A stretch of DNA of 26,036 nucleotides. Source: Candidatus Woesearchaeota archaeon (GTDB lineage Archaea; Nanobdellota; Nanobdellia; Pacearchaeales; GW2011-AR1). The translations under genes and the position numbers were made by a program. The DNA lies in assembly GCA_964489675.1 (NCBI GenBank), contig CAZAZO010000002.1, forward strand, positions 1-26,036, read 5' to 3'. Positions within the stretch are counted from its first letter, which is position 1; every line of letters begins with the position of its first letter. This document shows, in pieces, positions 8,321 to 16,100 of this stretch. The notes below the pieces were generated by a model. It made no database searches. It saw only the letters and a program-made list of their open reading frames with translations, and was not told where the DNA came from.

Positions 8321-9296
8321 AAAGAGAGCCCTAATAACAGGCATTGGTGGACAAGATGGTAGCTACTTGGCAGAACACCTCTTAGAAAAAGGCTACGAAG
8401 TTCATGGCTTGATAAGGCGACATTCCGTCGCAGAAAATCAAGATAGTAGAATTACCAAATTTTCCAACCAAATAAAGACTTATTATGGAGATCTGTTAGA
8501 TGCCCCATCTTTAACAAGAATTTTTAATGAAAGTAAGCCAGATGAGATTTATAACCTTGCAGCAATGTCACATGTTAGGATAAGTTTCGATGTACCATCT
8601 TTCACTATTCAGACAAATGGTTTGGGTGTCTTAAATATGCTGGAAACATACCGAACTCTAGCACCTAATGCAAAATTTTATCAAGCTAGCTCATCAGAGA
8701 TGTTTGGAAATTCTGTAGATGAAGATGGTATACAAAGGCTTACTACACCTATGAACCCAGTTAGTCCTTATGGCTGCGCAAAGTTGTTGGGATACAATCT
8801 TGTGCGTCATTATCGTCATGCTTACAAGCTTCACGCATGTAACGGTATTCTTTTTAACCACGAGTCCCCACGCCGCGGAACGAATTTTGTGACAAACAAA
8901 GTGGTCAAAACAGCTGTAGAAATTAAATTAGGCTTAAAAGACAAATTAGAATTGGGAAATATGGACTCATTTAGAGATTGGGGACATTCAAAAGATTACG
9001 TTAGAGCGATGAATATGATAATCAATCACGAAACACCGGATGAGTTCATAGTAGCAACGGGACAAACACACTCAGTAAGAGACTTGTGTGATACAGTTTT
9101 TAAGAAGTTGGACTTAAACTATGAAGAATATGTAACACAAAACCCTAAGTTTATGAGACCAGAAGAATTGAAATACCTAAAGGGCGATGCATCTAAAGCA
9201 CAGAAGATCTTAGGATGGAAGCCGGAATATACTTTTGAAAGCATGTTAGAAGAAATGATAGAAAATTGGCAACAAAAATTAAAGGAGAAAACATGA
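8313..9296 (+). CDS. gmd: GDP-mannose 4,6-dehydratase
   Basis: Diagnostic motifs ALITGIGGQDGSYLAEHLLEKGYEVHGLIRR, YNLAAMSHVRISF, YQASSSEMFG, SPYGCAK, GILFNHESPRRG and LGNMDSFRDWGH. Confidence 0.95.
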   Translation: MTKKRALITGIGGQDGSYLAEHLLEKGYEVHGLIRRHSVAENQDSRITKFSNQIKTYYGDLLDAPSLTRIFNESKPDEIYNLAAMSHVRISFDVPSFTIQTNGLGVLNMLETYRTLAPNAKFYQASSSEMFGNSVDEDGIQRLTTPMNPVSPYGCAKLLGYNLVRHYRHAYKLHACNGILFNHESPRRGTNFVTNKVVKTAVEIKLGLKDKLELGNMDSFRDWGHSKDYVRAMNMIINHETPDEFIVATGQTHSVRDLCDTVFKKLDLNYEEYVTQNPKFMRPEELKYLKGDASKAQKILGWKPEYTFESMLEEMIENWQQKLKEKT

Positions 9297-9532
9297 GACT
9301 ATCAAACCAAGCAATGGGAGCCTTAATGATGGCGCTGCAAAAATCCCTATTAGAACAAACAGATATTGTACCTATTTTGGAATCATTTGAATTTACAAAA
9401 TCAAATGATACTAAGAGGTGGGGTTCCAAATCGGGGGAACTTGTTATAAAGAATCCGCCTTCTTTTAAGATAGGCAACGACCACTTTAATCACAACCCAG
9501 AAGAAAACAAAATTACAAGAGGCTCTGACTAA
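9293..9532 (+). CDS. Hypothetical protein (79 aa)
   Basis: ATG 9293 overlaps the gmd stop (ATGA) and follows AAGGAG. Reads MRLSNQAMGALMMALQKSLLEQTDIVPIL. Confidence 0.7.
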   Translation: MRLSNQAMGALMMALQKSLLEQTDIVPILESFEFTKSNDTKRWGSKSGELVIKNPPSFKIGNDHFNHNPEENKITRGSD

Positions 9533-9781
9533 ATGCCTGTATATATCTACAGCTGCAACAGTTGCAAGGAAGAATTTGAAGTAAGACACGGAATGTCTTT
9601 TAATGACCAGAAGTGTGTAATATGCAATAGTGCAGATGTGTTTAAGATACCGGCTTTAAGTATTGATCAGCACCGGCAGATACACTCCAACCGAGCCGGT
9701 AGAATTGTAGATAAATATATAAAAGAAACCAAAGAAACAATTGAGAAAGAAAAGATAGATCTCAGAAAGAGAGAATTGTAG
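9533..9781 (+). CDS. FmdB-like zinc-ribbon protein
   Basis: MPVYIYSCNSCKEEFEV...CVICNS has the MP-x-Y-x-Y-x-CxxC...CxxC signature. Confidence 0.8.
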   Translation: MPVYIYSCNSCKEEFEVRHGMSFNDQKCVICNSADVFKIPALSIDQHRQIHSNRAGRIVDKYIKETKETIEKEKIDLRKREL

Positions 9782-10074
9782 TGTGGGAAACATTTTTTAT
9801 TATAAGTTTTTTAGTTAATATATTTCTGCTCTTATATGCAAGGTGGTTAATAAAATCATATTCAGTGTTGATAGAAGATATATCTTCTATCAATGAGATG
9901 GTGCTTAAATTTACGGAACATGTAAAAAGTGTACATGAACTTGAGACATTTTATGGAGATGAGACTTTGAATTCTTTATTACAGCATGGAAGAGAATTGG
10001 TTGATAAAATAGGAAATTTGGATTTACTAACAGAAGATGAAGAAGATAATAAAGAAGAGACGCAAGAGAACTAA
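9781..10074 (+). CDS. Hypothetical protein with N-terminal transmembrane helix and acidic tail
   Basis: Hydrophobic N-terminus (FFIISFLVNIFLLLYARWLI), a helical or coiled middle and the acidic end TEDEEDNKEETQEN. GTG start overlaps the upstream TAG. Confidence 0.65.
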   Translation: MWETFFIISFLVNIFLLLYARWLIKSYSVLIEDISSINEMVLKFTEHVKSVHELETFYGDETLNSLLQHGRELVDKIGNLDLLTEDEEDNKEETQEN

Positions 10075-10744
10075 GAACAATTACTTCACAAAGGTACATG
10101 AACAGGCCATTGTGGAGTATGCGAATACTGGCTGTATAAAACAGAGGACAAAGTTATATGAGTCCTTAATCCAACCAGCATTTGAGGAGATGGTAAATAA
10201 AATAATTTTTACCTATAAGTTCAACAATCTGCCAAACATTGACCCTCTAAGAGAAGACTGTAAGATATGGTTAACAACTATATTGGATAAATACGACCCA
10301 AACAAGGGTTCAAAGGCTTTTTCTTATTTTTCGGTTGTGACAAAAAACTGGTTTATACATAAAGTAAAAGTTAATTCCAAAAGATTGAGAAGAGAAGTAT
10401 CATACGAAAATTTGGTAGAAACAGGCGGCTCAGATGTGTTGGGGACTTCTGATTCTGAAAGACAAGATTATCTCGAACAAAGAATAGAGATGGAATTTTG
10501 GAACTCACTGTTATTCCAGGTAGATAAGTGGGATACAGGAAATTTAAAACCTAATGAGAAAGCGGTATTGGAAGCAGTTAAAGTGTTGCTGAATAACATA
10601 GAGGATATAGAAATATTTAACAAAAAAGCAGTATACCTATATTTGAGAGAGCTTACAGGATTAAACACAAAGCAAGTCGTTAACAATTTGAACAAATTAA
10701 GAGAAAAGTATAGAATATTTAAATGTAAATGGGATAGAGAATAA
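10037..10744 (+). CDS. Phage-encoded RNA polymerase sigma factor (sigma-70 region 2 / T4 gp55-like late sigma)
   Basis: LDKYDPNKGSKAFSYFSVVTKNWF resembles sigma region 2.3 (FDPxKGxKFSTY) and is preceded by a region-2.2-like LREDCKIWL. A possible C-terminal HTH is present (YLYLRELTGLNTKQVVNNLNKL). Lacks region 1.1 and the length of a housekeeping sigma. Confidence 0.65.
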   Translation: MKKIIKKRRKRTKNNYFTKVHEQAIVEYANTGCIKQRTKLYESLIQPAFEEMVNKIIFTYKFNNLPNIDPLREDCKIWLTTILDKYDPNKGSKAFSYFSVVTKNWFIHKVKVNSKRLRREVSYENLVETGGSDVLGTSDSERQDYLEQRIEMEFWNSLLFQVDKWDTGNLKPNEKAVLEAVKVLLNNIEDIEIFNKKAVYLYLRELTGLNTKQVVNNLNKLREKYRIFKCKWDRE

Positions 10745-10749
10745 AAAGC

Positions 10750-10766
10750 GCAACTAGTCTATTTAT
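10750..10766 (+). promoter_or_regulatory. Candidate late-promoter motif (GCAACTAGT-CTATTTAT) directly after the sigma gene
   Basis: The 25-nt gap contains CTATTTAT (10759-10766), ending 3 nt before an ATG that has no SD. GCAACTA is also shared with the 23198 site. Confidence 0.35.
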
Positions 10767-10769
10767 GAT

Positions 10770-11069
10770 ATGAGTAAAAAAATAGAAAACTTCATAGAGA
10801 GAGCAAATCAAAATATCGTCGACGACCGCGCGGCAACTAAAACTTTGTTAATGACTATCATGAAATACATGCAAACAGGTGATGATAGACACAAGGAGGT
10901 CGGACTTATAGCAGCAAAATATTTAGAAACTCTACAGAGGTCAAATGAACAGCTAGTTAAACTTGCGTCTTTGATGCAAAAAAGTCAATCAGATGAAGCA
11001 GGAATATCCGATGAAGATAAACAGGAGTTATTTGACCTTATAAATCAGAAAGGCGAAAATGATGAATGA
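10770..11069 (+). CDS. Helical phage protein, possibly terminase small subunit-like
   Basis: Helical segment DRHKEVGLIAAKYLETLQRSNEQLVKL loosely resembles the T4 gp16-type R-x-x-E-V...N-x-x-L helix. The ORF itself is solid; the function is speculative. Confidence 0.4.
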   Translation: MSKKIENFIERANQNIVDDRAATKTLLMTIMKYMQTGDDRHKEVGLIAAKYLETLQRSNEQLVKLASLMQKSQSDEAGISDEDKQELFDLINQKGENDE

Positions 11070-11715
11070 TAACGCCAAAAATTTAGATGATATTGTTAGG
11101 AATATGGGCATCGCCGCGGCTCACTCTCAAACACCTAGTCAAAATCCCAATGACGACACCAGCGCATCCGGCAACAATTTTTTTGATTATTTGTTGAATT
11201 CTGTAGAATATTACGATTCTAAACTTCGAAGAAAATTCAAAGATTTAGAGTTTCCTGGTCTAATACTGCATACAAAATTACTTAAATCAAGGAAAGAATT
11301 GGAAAGTTTAACATGCAATGCTTTTGCTAATCAGATTGTAAAAAGCTCTACAAAGACTCATAAATATTGGGAAGTCCATGCTTATGTACAGGAAATTTCC
11401 GGACTCCTGCCACAGCCAACATTTTCGGATATGATGGGGTATGACGATGGTACTTTAGATAAATCTGGTAGAGATAGATATGAAACAATCGTCTCGCGTT
11501 TTACAAAATTCTACTGCTGCCGACGAAACGCGCCAAAGATTTTTGAATGTCACAGGGTATTGTTTCCGGATGAGAATTTCTTCTATTATGGTCTAATAGA
11601 AGAAAATAGTATATTACACAATTCTAGCGTATTGAAAAAAAATGAAAAGGCTATATTGGAAAAGCAAACCGGAGCCGGCAATAATGCATCCTATCTTGGC
11701 GGCATGATGAGTTAG
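11059..11715 (+). CDS. Hypothetical protein, possibly an OB-fold baseplate-hub/spike-associated subunit
   Basis: 218-aa ORF with an AAGG SD and alternating beta-like segments (GLILHTK, YWEVHAYVQEI, RVLFPDENFFYYGLI), directly upstream of the spike-like gene. Fold assignment is inference. Confidence 0.4.
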   Translation: MMNDNAKNLDDIVRNMGIAAAHSQTPSQNPNDDTSASGNNFFDYLLNSVEYYDSKLRRKFKDLEFPGLILHTKLLKSRKELESLTCNAFANQIVKSSTKTHKYWEVHAYVQEISGLLPQPTFSDMMGYDDGTLDKSGRDRYETIVSRFTKFYCCRRNAPKIFECHRVLFPDENFFYYGLIEENSILHNSSVLKKNEKAILEKQTGAGNNASYLGGMMS

Positions 11716-11743
11716 AACAGGGAAGTAAGTAAGGTAAAACATA

Positions 11744-13114
11744 ATGGGAAAACGTACTGTAAAGAAAGGCGATTATCTAATAAAAATTGCCAGAGAGGAA
11801 GGTGTCACGCTAAAAGAACTAATAGCTGCAAATCCCCAAATTTCAGATCCAAACCTAATACACCCTGGAGATTCAATAAATGTTCCATCTTCTGAAGTCC
11901 CATCCGCGACTACATCCGGAGACAATTATACTGACGAGAACTCTCGCGCGCTGTCCGGAATGCAATCACCATCCGCGGCCGAAGAGGCAGGCGAATCAGG
12001 TCCCACCGGTGGTGAGCCTGTGTCCGAACCACCAGAGCCCGGGCTAAAAAGATTCATAAAAGGGCACCATGGAAAATATCATAAAGAGCATGAAGAATTC
12101 ATTAGCGGTGATAACGGCCTGTCCGGCAGTATCCTATCCGAACCTGTACCTGAATTTTTCGCCCGACCGGGCGATGGAATACTTACTGCGACTGAATTTT
12201 CCCAAGGAGCTAGCGATAATAATACGATGATTATTCTGGGCAGAGATCGAACCGGACTAGGAGAGATCGACTCCGCGGACCCTAACTTGGTCAAGTCAGA
12301 CTCAGGATATTCCAGCTATATGGGCGCCGGAGCAATAGATATAGTTGTAGGAAGGTGCTCTCCTTTTCCTTTAAGTATGGAAGGTAAGACCTGGAGTCCG
12401 CTTTTTAATACTCAAAAGAAAATACCAGAACTGAGAATGCAAACGCTGGAAGGAATTGAGAATAACACCCCCTTCTTTACATTTCACCCTGGGTATGTAA
12501 TGGACGCAGCAAGAATTTACATAAGTCAAATGACAGATATAGATGAGAGCTTTAAGATACAAAAAAAATTATTCTTTGGTGGTTCAATAAAGCAAAAAAC
12601 AAATAAAAGAACACCATGTTCTGGAATTATGTTAAAGGCTGACAAGATAAGAATGCATTCAAGATCGGATGTAAAAATTGTAACAGGTGGTCCCCATGAG
12701 ACTGTAAACTCGCAGGGAAATGATATTACTGAGGTTGGTGGGATTCACTTGATGGCAGGAAATCAATCTTCAAACCAGCAGCCAATTCCACTCGGAGATA
12801 ACTTGGCAAGAGTTCTGGATCAGTTGGTTGATAAGGTTGATGATTTAGCTTCAATTGTGTTTTCGCTAGCACACAGTCAAATGAAATTTAATAATATACT
12901 GGGAACGCACTGCCACCAGTCGCCCATGTATGGTATCTCAACGACACCATCCCTAACAGCAGCACCAGCCTCAGTTGAAGCGGTGTTGAATCAATTTTCG
13001 AGAGTTACGAATCAGATCGTATATTTGCAAAGAAATTTAAGTGGCTTTAGGGGAAATTATTTAAGATATGGCTCGGGACACTATATAAACAGTAGTTACA
13101 ATACGACGAATTAA
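11744..13114 (+). CDS. LysM-domain protein fused to a baseplate central spike-like (gp5/gpV C-terminal-like) domain
   Basis: Residues 2-48 form a textbook LysM (TVKKGDYLIKIAREEGVTLKELIAANPQISDPNLIHPGDSINVP). A Ser/Glu/Pro linker follows, then short beta repeats (TMIILGRDR, AIDIVVGR, ARIYISQ, IMLKADKIRM, VKIVTG, GIHLMAG) and an HxH motif (HCH, nt 12908-12916). Located upstream of gp25- and gp6-like genes. LysM is certain; the spike call is contextual. Confidence 0.65.
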   Translation: MGKRTVKKGDYLIKIAREEGVTLKELIAANPQISDPNLIHPGDSINVPSSEVPSATTSGDNYTDENSRALSGMQSPSAAEEAGESGPTGGEPVSEPPEPGLKRFIKGHHGKYHKEHEEFISGDNGLSGSILSEPVPEFFARPGDGILTATEFSQGASDNNTMIILGRDRTGLGEIDSADPNLVKSDSGYSSYMGAGAIDIVVGRCSPFPLSMEGKTWSPLFNTQKKIPELRMQTLEGIENNTPFFTFHPGYVMDAARIYISQMTDIDESFKIQKKLFFGGSIKQKTNKRTPCSGIMLKADKIRMHSRSDVKIVTGGPHETVNSQGNDITEVGGIHLMAGNQSSNQQPIPLGDNLARVLDQLVDKVDDLASIVFSLAHSQMKFNNILGTHCHQSPMYGISTTPSLTAAPASVEAVLNQFSRVTNQIVYLQRNLSGFRGNYLRYGSGHYINSSYNTTN

Positions 13115-13131
13115 GAGACAGGTTTAAGAAA

Positions 13132-16100
13132 ATGCCAAGACTATTAGAAGAGATATTTATAATAAATTCAGAAACAGGAGCACAATATATCCCATTTTTT
13201 AGGAGATATATAGGAGATTCTGGTAGAGACATTGCGGCAGTAAAGGAGGCTCTTGGTGAAATATATTACATACCACAAGACCAACCTAGTGGGAGCCCTG
13301 AAGATAATAGTATTGGAGAATCATGGTTTGAGTGTGCAAGTAATACGCCAGTAACTCAGAAAAAGATAAAAACTTTTGACAGATCATTGAAAATCAGACT
13401 GATGAATTATCAGTTGCAAAATCAGTTTGTAATGTTAAGTTACTATTTTGAAAAATATGGTGTGAGAAGTGTCACTGACAGTGAAAGCTTAGACATCCAA
13501 GTGCAAACTGCAATTAACTTTTACGATTCTGAATTTGGCTCAATTGGGGAGGCTACTATAGCTTGTCTACATGGTTGGCGCCCAAACAGTATAGCATATA
13601 ACCATTCATTCGTGACAGATGGCCCAATAGTTATTGATCAAGTACCTCAAATGTTTAAAGATCTAATTGAACAGGAGGTTATTTCCGAGCCTAGTGAATA
13701 CAAGGTTATGAAAATAGCAACAAACCAATCATCTGACTTTTCAGATATAGCAGAGGATTTTGACAGAACAACTCACTCTTCAAAGAAGTTATTAAATATT
13801 GTGTCCGACACTCCTGTTGTTTATCCTGTCTATAAGCCTGCGTCATATATTGGAAACATTGTAGACAGTGAACTTTATGCAGCCGCACAGCAAATAATGT
13901 CAACTGGTATAGAGATGGATATTCACGAATTGAGAGCCAATGATAGATATCGCGCGCTATCTCCAATGCTTGAACCAGACCCTCTATCAGATCCAGATCC
14001 TTTTGAGTTAGGTGGTGGAAAATTAGGTTTTTTTGATAGAACAGAATTTACACTAGAGACGCTTCCGAATTTTACAAATACGCCGGCACAACTCAGAATA
14101 CTTATGGAAGACAACGCACTCCATAAAGTACTGAAGTTCTATAACAAGCCATTAATATGGCACCTTTCAAAAGATCTTGGACCTTTGGATGAAGTTTTTT
14201 TTGCAAATGAAGAATCTGAAGAAAAATATTTAAATATAATTAAAAATGAAGAACACTATAGAGTGACCACTAGAGCGGCCATCGCAGAATATTCCTTAGA
14301 AGAAACTCAATATGATGCCATATATGGAGAACACTTAAGTGCAGTAAACAAACAGATTCCAATAACCTTCATAGAATATAGAACACCTTCATTGAGACCT
14401 GGAGATGTCTATAGATCATATTTTGAAATACCGCACGCAGTGCTTAATCTAATCAACACAGGTGAAAGTGATATAGATTTGAGACCTTCTAATGCAAATA
14501 TCGGGGAACTTAACACTGAAACACTCTCCTTTATGCAACAAGAAGTTGCAAACATGTATTGTATTGAGAATGCGAATAGTGAAGAGGGCGCTAGATCTAA
14601 ATTTGAAAAATATAAAGCCTTTGCAATGAAAAGAAAACTAGAAATTTCTAGAAACATGCGAGACGCTGCGACTCAAGCGTCATTAGGTCAAGAAGTTAAT
14701 GTTGACATGGGTGTGGCAGGAATACTGTTTGATGACTTTTCATTAACCGGCGAGGATATAGTGGAAGCTAGCTTTGAGGGGATCTCTAATATCATTAATA
14801 GATTTGCCAGTCCACAAGAGAAGCCAGATAGCATCCGGATGTCAGTTAAGTTATTTGACGAATCAATTCAAGCACTCGAGAAAGTTTTTAGAAGTGATAA
14901 AGTAGCAGAAGATGTAAAGAAATTTAAAATATCATCATCCTCTGGGGCCCCTCTAAATCTTATTTTAGAAGCAGATAATTTAGCTTCATTTCCAAATTAT
15001 CTTCAAAATTTGGCATACTCTCACACCCCCCTTCAAGCAGCCGCAAAAGCTAAGAATATGACAGTTTCAGACCTAATGAAAGCAACGTCGACACTTGTCC
15101 AGGGTACTAGTTACAAGATTGACTTTAAGGGCCTCCAGATATCTCAAATTTCAGTTATCAATATAACAAGAGGCATCAACGAGGTTATCTATAGAGTAGA
15201 TGATAAAAGCTATAATAATCTTCGTGGAGCTATGGCTTTGCCTCGTACAGTGAATTATGTTAGAAACATAAACAATATTTTACCCTTACCTCCTGATAAT
15301 TTTTTGGGATACTTAGAAGATTTCATCGGTTTAACCTCAACGCCTTGTTCTGATTCATCAGACGATGCATCCTTACCGGCTGCGCTAATATTAAGGTATA
15401 CAATAAACAATTCCGGAAATCCTGTATCATTTGAGTTTGATTTTGACTATCAGAATGCACTGCACAACTGGAAGGAAAATATACTACAATCGGAAGAGAT
15501 AACAAGACTTAAAGATTTTTACAATGATGTTACAAAGAATCCATTTGATCTCGACGGGCCCGCTTGGGGCGTTGACACTATTTTGCCTGAAATCGGACCA
15601 ACGTGCGACTTGAAAGAAATATACAGGGATGTGGTTAGTAAGAAAAACATGTCAAAACTTTTATGCAATTATTTGACATGTTTGAAAATACCAGACGTAA
15701 ACGTTAAAATACCGAAACTTATGTTGCCAGAATTTGAGGACATCCCGGTATTCGCATTTCCAGGTTTAAAGGATCTTGGAAGGCAAATACTAGAAGCTAT
15801 TGAGGCGCTTTTTACAAGAATTGTTTGCGCGATAGTTAAAAACATACTTGATATACTCTCAAGTCCTTTCTGTGAAGATCAGATGATTCGAGATCTTTAC
15901 GGCGCTGCAGCTAATAATAGCTCGGATGTTCAAAGAGCTTTCGCATCAGCTTTTCTAGATGTTGGAATACCATCAGAAAAAACCACGAATGTATCAGAAA
16001 TGTTAGATGATTTGATAAACTTTTTAACTCCTCGGGAACTCTGCGCACTCTTAAACGGAGACCCAGTAAACGCAGAGGTTTATAGTATGATAGAGAATCT

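Noticed and set aside
2046-9292. Track start sites at 2046, 4046, 7717, 8108 and 9266
   Set aside because: They create long overlaps with upstream genes and add non-homologous leaders. Downstream starts (2085, 4148, 7729, 8147, 9293) have SD motifs and typical short overlaps.
3-9296. Sugar cluster as a DNA hypermodification system (T4-type glucosyl-hmC analog)
   Set aside because: No hydroxymethylase, thymidylate-synthase-like, TET/JBP or nucleotide kinase genes are in the window. The transferase types resemble surface-glycan enzymes.
10040-10075. KKRRKRTK in the sigma N-terminus as a nuclear localisation signal implying a eukaryotic virus
   Set aside because: SD motifs, a sigma-like protein and gp25/gp6-like baseplate genes indicate a bacteriophage. 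The basic patch is explained by the purine-rich overlap.
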